From positions 1-59,585 of the forward strand of contig JAZTYU010000002.1 of NCBI GenBank assembly GCA_045637165.1: DNA of 59,585 bases. Reading direction: 5' to 3'. Below, one piece after another: positions 25,402 to 34,859 of this stretch. The translations under genes were made by a program, and so were the position numbers. Position 1 is the first letter of the stretch; each line of letters starts with the position of its first letter. The notes below the pieces were generated by a model that was not told the DNA's origin, searched no databases, and saw nothing but the letters and a program-made list of their open reading frames with translations. Source of the DNA: Candidatus Enterousia sp. GTDB taxonomy: Bacteria; Pseudomonadota; Alphaproteobacteria; Rs-D84.

Positions 25402-26838
25402 TTAATATGACTTTGCAATAAAAACATAACTTGGGTCGTTATCATCAAGACAACGGCGTGTTATCTTATGCTTTTCCATCAAACCTTCAAACTGTTCGTT
25501 TGTGGTCAATTCATATTTGATACGGAAAAATCCAATTTTCCCATCAGATAATGCTGCATCCAGTTCATTTAAGTCTGCAACATCATGAATCATTTCTGAA
25601 TTGCGACGTTCAACACGTGAAACCATTTCATCATGAATATCTGTCATTATCTGATTCACTGTTGAAACCAATTCATCTGCACTGATTGTGCGTTTCGATT
25701 CACGCCCAATATCACGACGGGTAATTGTAACATTGCCTGATTCCATTTCACGACTGCCTATTTCAACACGCAATGGAACACCACGCTTTATCCATTTCCA
25801 CATCTTGTCAGGAGCACGCATATCTGATGTATCAACCAAAACACGAACACCTGTGCCACGCAATTGTTCACCCAACTTTTCTGCATAGTCGTTTAAGACA
25901 GCAGTTGTTTCTTCACGAGTAATTGGAATAATCACAACCTGATATGGTGCAACCGCAGGTGGCAAAATCAAACCATCATCGTCTGAATGAATCATAAACA
26001 TAGACCCCATCATACGAGTTGTTGTTCCCCACGATGTCGTCCAACCGTGTTGCAATTTTCCATCATTGCCCAAGAATTGAATACCAAACGATTTAGAAAA
26101 ATGCTGTCCTAAATCATGTGAAGTCCCCGCCTGTAATGCTTTACCGTCCTGCATAATATGTTCCAGGGTATAGGTGTGGTCTGCACCAGCAAAGCGTTCT
26201 TCGGGAGTTTTTTCACCCATAATTGACGGTATCGCCAAAATTTCACGCATATAGTCGCCATACATTTTGTGCATCTTGCGTGCGTCGGCATTTGCTTCTT
26301 CGTGAGTCGCAAAAACATTATGGCCTTCTTGCCAGTTAAATTCAGATGTCCGCAAGAACATACGTGGACGCATTTCCCAACGCATTACATTCACCCATTG
26401 ATTTAATTTCAATGGCAAATCACGATAACTTTGCACCCATCTGGACATCGCTTCGCCAATAATCGTTTCAGATGTCGGACGAATAATATATGGCTCGGTC
26501 AATTTTGAATCTGGGTCAGGTTGCAAAGAACCATCAATCATTTTTAATCTGTGATGGGTAACAACGGCACATTCTTTGGCAAAGCCTGCGACGTGTTCGG
26601 CTTCTTTGTTAAAAAAGTCAATTGGAATCAATAATGGAAAGTTTGCATTTTGAACCCCGTGCTTTTTTATGCGACGATCCATTTCATCACGCATCAATTC
26701 CCATATCGCCCAACCATACGGTTTAATCGTCATACAACCACGCACTGGTGCATTTTCTGCCAGGTCGGCAGCGACGATTAGATTCTGATACCATTCGCTG
26801 AAATTTTCACTACGAGTTGGTGTAATTGCTGTTTTCAT
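25402..26838 (-). CDS. proS: Prolyl-tRNA synthetase, archaeal/eukaryote-like architecture (no INS editing domain, C-terminal Tyr)
   Basis: 478 aa; N-terminus FSEWYQNLIVAADL; ends FIAKSY. Confidence 0.9.
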   Translation of the reverse strand: MKTAITPTRSENFSEWYQNLIVAADLAENAPVRGCMTIKPYGWAIWELMRDEMDRRIKKHGVQNANFPLLIPIDFFNKEAEHVAGFAKECAVVTHHRLKMIDGSLQPDPDSKLTEPYIIRPTSETIIGEAMSRWVQSYRDLPLKLNQWVNVMRWEMRPRMFLRTSEFNWQEGHNVFATHEEANADARKMHKMYGDYMREILAIPSIMGEKTPEERFAGADHTYTLEHIMQDGKALQAGTSHDLGQHFSKSFGIQFLGNDGKLQHGWTTSWGTTTRMMGSMFMIHSDDDGLILPPAVAPYQVVIIPITREETTAVLNDYAEKLGEQLRGTGVRVLVDTSDMRAPDKMWKWIKRGVPLRVEIGSREMESGNVTITRRDIGRESKRTISADELVSTVNQIMTDIHDEMVSRVERRNSEMIHDVADLNELDAALSDGKIGFFRIKYELTTNEQFEGLMEKHKITRRCLDDNDPSYVFIAKSY

Positions 26839-26859
26839 TTTATAAATCTCTTTCTATTT

Positions 26860-27684
26860 TTATTTGATACTTTTGTCTTTTAATTCATTGTATTTTTCCG
26901 ACACGATTTGTTGCAGAACGTCGGCTATCTGCTTTCTGTTTAACCCCGCCAGGGGCGGTGGTGGCAATAATGTTATTTCAACCGTGAAACCACCCAGCAT
27001 CATAATATGAAATACCTGGCCAAAGGCACTGCGTTCACGCTTGCATTTGGGGCCGGTTTCCATTTTCGAATTATCAAAATACGCAAAGTGATCGGCAAGT
27101 GTTTGTTCGTCGATTACAGAACCGTCCCGATAGCGATAGTGCATTGCCATTGGCTGAACCGTGACATTTGAGTTTTCAACAAAGTTAAACAGCGTGCTTT
27201 TAAATGGCTTTACATATGCACCGTTGGTCGTTGTGCCTTCGGGAAACAGTATCATTGGATATTTAACCGTTTGAACCGCTTTTTGCACAACAGCCAGTGC
27301 ATCGTGGGCGTGCGATGGACGACGGTCAACGAATATAACGCCAAACTTCTTGGCAACCCAACCAACCAAAGGCCAATTTTCCATTTCTTTTTTGGCAATA
27401 AAACTGCCACGAAATGCAAAAGGAAAGGTCGCAATTTCAAACACAGATATATGATTTGACACAACCATCAATGGACGCTTGTCCGATAATTTTCCGTGAA
27501 CTACGATTTTTACCCCAGACAGCCAAACCAAACCCCACATAAATATCGGCATATAGCGAACCGCCAAACTGTGTGGCATAAATACTATTATTGGTAACTG
27601 GACAACAACCAGCACCCAGAACAGCAAGAATTTAATTGCCGCAGTCGTTGTGTTAAAAATATTCTGTTTACGCAATTTTGCCAT
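26860..27684 (-). CDS. olsA: Lysolipid acyltransferase (PlsC family; OlsA-like)
   Basis: VSNHISVFE (HX4D-type box) and FPEGTT. Directly downstream of the olsB-like gene. Confidence 0.7.
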   Translation of the reverse strand: MAKLRKQNIFNTTTAAIKFLLFWVLVVVQLPIIVFMPHSLAVRYMPIFMWGLVWLSGVKIVVHGKLSDKRPLMVVSNHISVFEIATFPFAFRGSFIAKKEMENWPLVGWVAKKFGVIFVDRRPSHAHDALAVVQKAVQTVKYPMILFPEGTTTNGAYVKPFKSTLFNFVENSNVTVQPMAMHYRYRDGSVIDEQTLADHFAYFDNSKMETGPKCKRERSAFGQVFHIMMLGGFTVEITLLPPPPLAGLNRKQIADVLQQIVSEKYNELKDKSIK

Positions 27685-27686
27685 TT

Positions 27687-28643
27687 TTACTGTTCTTCGG
27701 TTTTTTCACTGTCTTCGATGTATTCAACGTCAGCAGCATCTTCACGCAACAAGAAGTCAACAAATGCACGCACAACCTTGAACGGTCCAACAACAGGGAA
27801 CGTCATTATTTTTCCAACAGTCTTGATAATGTTCTCTTTGTCTTCATTAGGGTCGCCCAACGCATTTTCACGTCCCAAGAAATGCTTTTGATACGCAGCG
27901 TCCATTTTACGTGTTTCAATCATTACAAATACATCATACGAATTGAACGGTGCATCAACAAACACACCACGACCAAAAGTTGCCCCCAGACGCAAATAGC
28001 CCTTTATCAACGGGGTCATTTCTGATTTTGCATCAGCCGCATCAACAAATTCACGTGGCAAAATGTTCATACGTGCCAATTTTGGATTTACACCATCTGC
28101 AAACTTTTCAGACAACACTGTTGCACGCAAACGCAGCGGTGTTAAATGATTGTAATACAGATATGATATTGCCTGGGCAGAACGTGCCGGTTTAGTCCCA
28201 ACAAATGACGCAACTCCAAATAAAACACCAATCTTGCGACGGACAATCAATTCGCCCAACCCTGCCCACAACATACGCATAACAAGTGCGTTTTCACGGT
28301 AAGCAGCGTCAACGCATGCACGGGACATTTCCGCAATATTGCCATGGTATTTTTTTATCTTGGATATATTAAACTCATTTTCAGTATAGAAACCACCCAT
28401 CTTTTCCGCAGCACGGCGATCAATTATACGGTATGTCCCAACAACACGTCCCTGATGAAAAACCGCCATATATTCCGCAAAGCGGTCGTATGAATCATAT
28501 TCTTCGCCCAAGGCACGTTGTTCTTCGGTAGCGGATGCCCCCTCTTCCAGGCAAAACACCTGATAGCGTAATTGACGAACCTGCTTTCTTTCTTCTTTGT
28601 TTCGGGTAAGTCTTACCTCGAAATCACGAATTTTAATTGCCAT
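27687..28643 (-). CDS. olsB: Ornithine-lipid N-acyltransferase OlsB-like (GNAT, hemolysin-like family)
   Basis: LRYQVF, TPLIKGYLRLGA hallmark. 2-nt gap to the acyltransferase. Confidence 0.75.
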   Translation of the reverse strand: MAIKIRDFEVRLTRNKEERKQVRQLRYQVFCLEEGASATEEQRALGEEYDSYDRFAEYMAVFHQGRVVGTYRIIDRRAAEKMGGFYTENEFNISKIKKYHGNIAEMSRACVDAAYRENALVMRMLWAGLGELIVRRKIGVLFGVASFVGTKPARSAQAISYLYYNHLTPLRLRATVLSEKFADGVNPKLARMNILPREFVDAADAKSEMTPLIKGYLRLGATFGRGVFVDAPFNSYDVFVMIETRKMDAAYQKHFLGRENALGDPNEDKENIIKTVGKIMTFPVVGPFKVVRAFVDFLLREDAADVEYIEDSEKTEEQ

Positions 28644-28759
28644 AAATATATCCTTGTATAAAACCTATGGGAAAAGAATATCAAACAAATGCCTAATATT
28701 CAACGATTTTATTTATATTGACCAATAACAAAAAAGCCCCACTTTTAGTGGGGACCTTC

Positions 28760-29818
28760 TTAGTGCAATTCGTCAGCAAGATTCGCAATCGCAATCGCAT
28801 ACCAATTTGAATTATTCCATTTCTTGATTCTATAAAAATTTGGATAGGTCAAATATGCCGTTATAACAGGCATCGGTGCAATATCCGCATCTAGTCCTGC
28901 CGTTGTTGAGGCCGCAGCTGAACGAGCCACATCAATCGCTGCAACATCTGCAACAAGACCCGCCGTTAAATCATTTTGTGGAATCGGACTGCCATCTGGA
29001 TTTACCACACCCATTGATGACCACTGGGGTAATGTCAACTTTGTCTTGCCGTCCAGCAACGACAAATCAAAATCAGCAGGCAAAATAACACGACGAACTA
29101 TTCGCTCGTTTTTATTCCAGCCCAATTTGCTCAGATAATTGCCAGCACTGAACATCGCATCGGCAATATTATTTATTATATCAACACGACCGTCAGAATT
29201 ACCATCAACACCATATTGTGCCAATGTTGTTGGTATAAACTGAAAATGCCCCATCGCACCAGCCCAAGACCCAGAAATCCCATTGATATCCAGACTGTTT
29301 TTATCTGCAATCTTCATCAGTGCAATCAACTGGTTTGTAAAAAATGTTTCACGACGACCATCATACATCAATGTAAAAAAAGCATCTGTCAATTTATGAC
29401 GTGCCTTGACTGCACCATAATTTGATTCCATACCCCAAAATGCCAATATAATGTGCGGCGGAACACCAAATTTGTTTTCAACACGTGATAACATCGTTGG
29501 ATATGTTGCACGCATACGACGACCTGTTGCAATACGTGTTTGATTGACCGTGCGTTCAAGATAACCGTCCAATGTCAATTTGAATTCAGATTGATTCTTG
29601 TCACTGCGAACAATCGATGGAATAAAGGCAGGACTGCGTAAGGTCGAAGATATCATTTCTTCTGATATGTTTTCAGATGCCGCACGAGAACGCACAGAAT
29701 CCTGCAAGGCATACCAACGTTCAACATCAAACGAGCCACGGTCTGCATGTGCAACAAACGGCACACAAAACGTCGCTGCAATCAGCCACTTTGATACTTT
29801 ATGCATAACAGCCCCCAT
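28760..29818 (-). CDS. Lytic murein transglycosylase (MltB family); alternative start at 29806
   Basis: AFWGMESNYG and GAMGHFQFIP. Signal peptide follows the Met at 29806. Confidence 0.85.
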   Translation of the reverse strand: MGAVMHKVSKWLIAATFCVPFVAHADRGSFDVERWYALQDSVRSRAASENISEEMISSTLRSPAFIPSIVRSDKNQSEFKLTLDGYLERTVNQTRIATGRRMRATYPTMLSRVENKFGVPPHIILAFWGMESNYGAVKARHKLTDAFFTLMYDGRRETFFTNQLIALMKIADKNSLDINGISGSWAGAMGHFQFIPTTLAQYGVDGNSDGRVDIINNIADAMFSAGNYLSKLGWNKNERIVRRVILPADFDLSLLDGKTKLTLPQWSSMGVVNPDGSPIPQNDLTAGLVADVAAIDVARSAAASTTAGLDADIAPMPVITAYLTYPNFYRIKKWNNSNWYAIAIANLADELH

Positions 29819-29824
29819 TATTTA

Positions 29825-31348
29825 TTAAAATGAATATTTAAAGCCCAAATGCAAACCAAACGACTGCCAGGTTGCGTGCTTTAACGACTCGGACACTTTT
29901 TCTGTGTGGGCAGGAACAGTTTCCAGCAATGGAACATAATAAACATTGCCATAGTCGTCAAAGACTTCTTCCATAACATACTGTCCGTTTTCATCAATTA
30001 CATACTGGCTGTATTCGGCAATGTATAATTCCCCAGGAATTTTACCAACATGAAACAGATTTGTATCAACCTTTAACGCAAATTGCAAACGGTCGGACAA
30101 ACGGTAATTATATTCCATTTCTGCAATGTATGAATATGCACCATTGCTGCCTTCGTCCAAGAAACTAGGGTTCTGTTGCCAGTCTGTGCGATTTGGCCAG
30201 ATACCTTCGGATGAATACTTTGGCAGACCAAATTGAACATAAAAACGCAATTTATCTTTCAGGGTCATTTGCTTTTCTGCTTCTAACCCGACATAGAAAC
30301 CAGACCAAGTTGTGTTGTATTCGTGGGTTGTTCCTTCGACAACGATTGGACCATCACCACCGATAATCACACACTCGCCAGCGTTTACACCCCATGGAAT
30401 ATCACCCATTGCAATTTCATAATCGCCAGTCACCAATGAATTGCCCAGATATGGAAATCCTTCGACGGTTGCACCAGACGATGCATTTGTTACAACCTTG
30501 ATATCTTCGGGCGACATACATACCTGATACCAATCATCAGGTGGTGTCGCACCAATTGGAACAGAAAAATATTCACCCAATTCATTTCCATACACATAAT
30601 ACCCCTGGTCTGTCATCAAGGGCAGATAAATTCCGGGGTTTGGATAATAATGGTTGGACATTTCCAGGTTATGCTTGAATATTTCATATCCAAACGTTGG
30701 CGATAATTTCCAGCCCCCAACATCCCAGATATGATGTGCAGACACGCCAAAACGGAAATGATTACTGCGACCAGATTGGTCCCCCATTGAAATTGTAAAG
30801 ATTCCATAGCCAGGGTCAGATTCATCAAACGGCTTTAAGTCATAGTCCATAGACAGACCACCGTGCGACATTTCACCATAAACATATTCGCCATAGAACG
30901 ACAAATCAAAATTACGCAGTGTAAAATTATGATGGGCACCAACATGGATTTCATTCCAAACCATGTCGTCCCATTCAAGTATAGAATTTACACCTGTTTC
31001 AAATTCAAAATCAGAAAAACGACGAGAATACCCAAGATACATTGCGGTTTTGGGTTCCATTTCCGCAGGCATTGCAATGCCGTTGGCCGTCATTGTGCCG
31101 ACAAATGTGGGTTCTTGGATTTGCGGACGTGGAACTTGATAAGAATAAGAACGTGAGCCAATAACCTGTTTATTCCCAGATTTACCAACATATTTTGTAT
31201 ATCCCTGGTCGGCATATTGACCATACGCAACCTGATTTGCGGTCGGGGCAGACGATGTTTGATAATACGCAGGCACACCCTCGTTCGCAGCAAACGCCGC
31301 AAACGGTGTAATAATCCCCGATAAAAATAGAATTGACCTTGCCTTCAT
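29825..31348 (-). CDS. Outer-membrane beta-barrel protein, unknown family
   Basis: Signal peptide MKARSILFLSGIITPFAAFA, alternating aromatic pattern, C-terminal FKYSF. Confidence 0.7.
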   Translation of the reverse strand: MKARSILFLSGIITPFAAFAANEGVPAYYQTSSAPTANQVAYGQYADQGYTKYVGKSGNKQVIGSRSYSYQVPRPQIQEPTFVGTMTANGIAMPAEMEPKTAMYLGYSRRFSDFEFETGVNSILEWDDMVWNEIHVGAHHNFTLRNFDLSFYGEYVYGEMSHGGLSMDYDLKPFDESDPGYGIFTISMGDQSGRSNHFRFGVSAHHIWDVGGWKLSPTFGYEIFKHNLEMSNHYYPNPGIYLPLMTDQGYYVYGNELGEYFSVPIGATPPDDWYQVCMSPEDIKVVTNASSGATVEGFPYLGNSLVTGDYEIAMGDIPWGVNAGECVIIGGDGPIVVEGTTHEYNTTWSGFYVGLEAEKQMTLKDKLRFYVQFGLPKYSSEGIWPNRTDWQQNPSFLDEGSNGAYSYIAEMEYNYRLSDRLQFALKVDTNLFHVGKIPGELYIAEYSQYVIDENGQYVMEEVFDDYGNVYYVPLLETVPAHTEKVSESLKHATWQSFGLHLGFKYSF

Positions 31349-31449
31349 CGTATAACGTTGTTCGTATTATAACATAATTTTAAAACTGTGAAAAGTATTT
31401 TAATTTATCCCTTGCACCGATTTTTTTGTGTTGTAAACTGTCCGATGAA

Positions 31450-32508
31450 ATGAAAAATATGCCACACAATATTTATATTCATGTGCCTTTTTGCAAATCA
31501 AAGTGCAATTATTGTGCTTTTATGTCGTGGGCATGTGCAAACCCAGACTGGACAGAATACTCAGATGGTATTTGCAAGGAAATCTTGCAGTGGGCTGAAA
31601 AAATGCCTGACACAATCGTGCCAACTGTATTCTTTGGTGGTGGCACACCTTCGCTGATGCCAGTTGATTGCTTTGAAAAAATTATCCAGATATTAAAACA
31701 AAACTTTATTTTACCCAAAGACGCAGAAATCACCATAGAGGCTAACCCTGGAACAATTGACGAAGACAAATTAAAAGACTTTGTCCAGGCCGGGGTAAAC
31801 CGCATTTCAATCGGCGTTCAAAGTTTAAGTGATGAAAAACTAAAATTCCTGGGACGCAAACACAGTGCAAATGACGCAATCGAACTGATTCAATCTGCAA
31901 AAAAATTAAATTTACGAACATCGGCTGACTTTATTTATGGACTGCCCGATGAAACAGTAAATGATGTTATTTCAACGTGCGAACAAATAAACCAAATCGG
32001 GATTGAACATTGCTCTTTATATGAACTAACAATAGAGCCAGACACACCATTTGGAAAAATGAATCTGAATATGCCAGACAACGAAGTAATGGCGGATATG
32101 TATATGGCGATTGAAAAAACACTGGCCCTGTCCCGATATGAAGTTTCAAACTATGCAAGCCCAGGAAACGAATGTCAGCATAATTTGAATATTTGGGACG
32201 GTGCTGCATACATTGGCATCGGCCGTGGTGCAGCAGGCAGGGTTTATATTGATAACGTTTGGTATGAGCAAATAGGGGCAAACCAAAAATTTGCCGCAAT
32301 CGACAAAGAAACACGGGCAATTGAAAAAATTTTGATGGGAATGCGAACTGTGCGTGGTTGCCAATTGACAGATGATGTAAAAAAGGTTATTGATATAGGC
32401 TGGGCAAAAAACAACCCTGAACTGGTTCAGATTCAAAATGGTCGCATTCGTGCAACCCCAAATGGATTATTGATTCTGGATGATTTAACAGTAAATTTGG
32501 TGAAATGA
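31450..32508 (+). CDS. hemW: Radical SAM heme chaperone HemW (HemN-like); start uncertain (31426/31450/31459)
   Basis: YIHVPFCKSKCNYCAF CxxxCxxC, FFGGGTPS. Confidence 0.85.
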   Translation: MKNMPHNIYIHVPFCKSKCNYCAFMSWACANPDWTEYSDGICKEILQWAEKMPDTIVPTVFFGGGTPSLMPVDCFEKIIQILKQNFILPKDAEITIEANPGTIDEDKLKDFVQAGVNRISIGVQSLSDEKLKFLGRKHSANDAIELIQSAKKLNLRTSADFIYGLPDETVNDVISTCEQINQIGIEHCSLYELTIEPDTPFGKMNLNMPDNEVMADMYMAIEKTLALSRYEVSNYASPGNECQHNLNIWDGAAYIGIGRGAAGRVYIDNVWYEQIGANQKFAAIDKETRAIEKILMGMRTVRGCQLTDDVKKVIDIGWAKNNPELVQIQNGRIRATPNGLLILDDLTVNLVK

Positions 32509-32509
32509 A

Positions 32510-34492
32510 ATGGAAAGTAAATTTTGGAACTTTATAGGCGTGGTTGCGGTGTTGACTGCAATCGTTTGGGCACACAATGCAACAAAGGAGAAAGTGGTGA
32601 GTGCAGGTATCAAAATCGAAAATATGGACATGTCAATCAAACCAGGTGATGATTTCTATGCATATGCAAACGCAGGCTGGCAAAAACACAATCCAATCCC
32701 AGACGACTATTCAAGATACGGTGCTTTTGAAGTATTACGCAACACTAACCTGGAACGCACACGTGAAATTGCAGAAAACGATAATGGTAAAATTGGCCAA
32801 CTGTATAGCATTGCAATGGACGAAAAGAAACTAAACCAAGACGGCGTCCAACCTGTGTTGCCACTGTTTGCCCAAATCGACAAACTGGAACGCAAAGACT
32901 TGGAAAAATACCTGGGACAAATGCACAAGTTTACATCTGCTTTTTGGGGTGACGGTGTTGCACTGGACGAAATGGACAGCGAACACTATCTGTATAACAT
33001 TGGTCAAGGTGGACTGGGGTTGTCCCGTGATTACTATTTTGATACAGACGCAAAAACAGTTGAAGTCCGCAAAAAATATCGTGAATTTATTGAAAAGCAG
33101 ATGAAGAACTTTGGCATAGCAGTTGACGTAGATAAGTTGTATTCACTGGAAGAAAGAATGGCAAAATCGTTCTATCCCAAAGAAAAATTACGTGATCCTC
33201 ATGCAAACTATCACAAGATGAGCATTGAACAAATCAAAGAAAAGTTCCCTGGCTTTGATTGGGATACGTTCCTGACCACACGTGGTGCAAGGGCAGCGAA
33301 ATTTATCAACATTGCACAACCCGAAGCGATTGCAGAATCAATCGCAATTATGAACGATACTGATTTCGAATTGGTTAAAACATATTTGAAATACAGAATT
33401 GTCAGTGCAGCAGACACGGTTTTGGACGACAAGACATATGATATATCTTTTGATTTCTATAACCGAACAATGGCCGGACAGAAAGAACAAAAACCACGTT
33501 GGAAACGTGCAGTCGCAACGCTGGACGGTTCGCTAGGCGAAGAAATTGGCCGCCTGTATGTTGAAAAATACTTTTCATCAGACGCCAAAGAGCGCATGCA
33601 GACATTGGTAAAAAACCTGCAACGTGCATACGCAATGCGTATTGAAAAACTGGAATGGATGTCTGATAAAACAAAAGTAAAAGCACTGGAAAAACTGGCA
33701 GGATTCACGGCAAAAATTGGATATCCAGACAAATGGCGTGATTATTCAAAACTGGAAATCAAAAATGATTCGTTGTGGGAAAATATGATGCGTGTTTCAG
33801 AATTTGAAGACGCATTCTGGATTGAAAAAATCGGTCAGGACAAAGACCCTACAATCTGGTATATGAACGCACACGAAGTCAACGCATATTATGACCCATC
33901 AACAAATGAAATCTGTTTCCCGGCTGGAATCTTGCAATATCCGTTCTTTGACATGGGAGCAGACGATGCATTTAACTATGGTGCAATCGGTGCAGTTATC
34001 GGTCATGAAATGACACACGGATTCGATGATTCTGGCCGTCACTTTGACAAAAACGGCAATATGAAAGACTGGTGGACCAGTGAAGACGCTGAAAAATTCA
34101 ATGAACGTGCCGGCACAATGAAGGAATATTTCGATAAAATCAAAATCAATGACGAAGTCTTTGCAAATGGCGAATTCACGCTGGGCGAAAATCTGGCAGA
34201 CTATGGTGGCGTAACGATTGCATTTGATGCATATAAAAACTTTGGCACACCATCGGGCGATGCAGAAAGCATCAGTGCAGACAGACGCTTCTTTATCGCA
34301 TACGCAGGGGCGTGGGCACAGAACATTCGCCCAGACGAAGAATTACGCCTGACCAAGGTTGATGAACATTCACTGGGCAAAAATCGTGTAAACGGAATAC
34401 TGCCACACATCAACGCATGGTATAGCGTATTTGACATAAAATCAGACGATGGATTGTATGTATTACCTGGGGAACGTGTAAAATTATGGTAA
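32510..34492 (+). CDS. pepO: M13 family zinc metallopeptidase (PepO/neprilysin-like)
   Basis: VIGHEMTHGFD (HExxH), GENLADYGG (ENxADxGG). Confidence 0.9.
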   Translation: MESKFWNFIGVVAVLTAIVWAHNATKEKVVSAGIKIENMDMSIKPGDDFYAYANAGWQKHNPIPDDYSRYGAFEVLRNTNLERTREIAENDNGKIGQLYSIAMDEKKLNQDGVQPVLPLFAQIDKLERKDLEKYLGQMHKFTSAFWGDGVALDEMDSEHYLYNIGQGGLGLSRDYYFDTDAKTVEVRKKYREFIEKQMKNFGIAVDVDKLYSLEERMAKSFYPKEKLRDPHANYHKMSIEQIKEKFPGFDWDTFLTTRGARAAKFINIAQPEAIAESIAIMNDTDFELVKTYLKYRIVSAADTVLDDKTYDISFDFYNRTMAGQKEQKPRWKRAVATLDGSLGEEIGRLYVEKYFSSDAKERMQTLVKNLQRAYAMRIEKLEWMSDKTKVKALEKLAGFTAKIGYPDKWRDYSKLEIKNDSLWENMMRVSEFEDAFWIEKIGQDKDPTIWYMNAHEVNAYYDPSTNEICFPAGILQYPFFDMGADDAFNYGAIGAVIGHEMTHGFDDSGRHFDKNGNMKDWWTSEDAEKFNERAGTMKEYFDKIKINDEVFANGEFTLGENLADYGGVTIAFDAYKNFGTPSGDAESISADRRFFIAYAGAWAQNIRPDEELRLTKVDEHSLGKNRVNGILPHINAWYSVFDIKSDDGLYVLPGERVKLW

Positions 34493-34496
34493 GAAA

Positions 34497-34518
34497 ACGC
34501 CCGTCTGGGCGTTTTTTT
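34497..34518 (+). terminator. Rho-independent terminator of pepO
   Basis: Stem ACGCCC/GGGCGT plus T-run. Confidence 0.65.
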
Positions 34519-34695
34519 GTTGTCCAATTGTCGAATTTACCAGGAACAAAACAAGAGAATTTGCTGTTTCTGATTTTGAAAGGAACAACACGTTTTTATA
34601 CAAAAATATGCAACAATACCCTATTTCTGGACTTGGCAGGGATGATAAATGGCGGTGAGATGATGTTTCCCTATTCCTGCCTTCGCAGGCATGAC

Positions 34696-34712
34696 AAAAA
34701 AAAGGGGGGGGG
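34696..34712. repeat. A8-G9 homopolymer tract in a 367-bp spacer
   Basis: Counted directly: gacAAAAAAAAGGGGGGGGGcagg. Confidence 0.9.
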
Positions 34713-34810
34713 CAGGACCGCAGGAAAAATATTGATAAAATTTTTTATGTTCTGTGATAATGCAGTAAAAAAACCTCGGGCTTACGCCCGGGGTCTTACG
34801 TCGAAAAAGA

Positions 34811-34840
34811 TAAAAATCCCCCAAACGGGGGATTTTTTTA
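34811..34840. terminator. Bidirectional terminator downstream of paralogue A
   Basis: Stem ATCCCCC/GGGGGAT (34816-34822/34827-34833) between A5 and T7. Confidence 0.6.
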
Positions 34841-34859
34841 ACAATCCAGCAAATTAGGC

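Noticed and set aside
34675-34691. A 16-nt match between TGCCTGCGAAGGCAG at 11-26 and the reverse complement of 34675-34691. Both are hairpins in intergenic DNA (REP-like element?).
   Set aside because: One 16-mer match in either orientation is roughly what chance predicts for a 60-kb window. I saw only two copies and the flanks diverge immediately.
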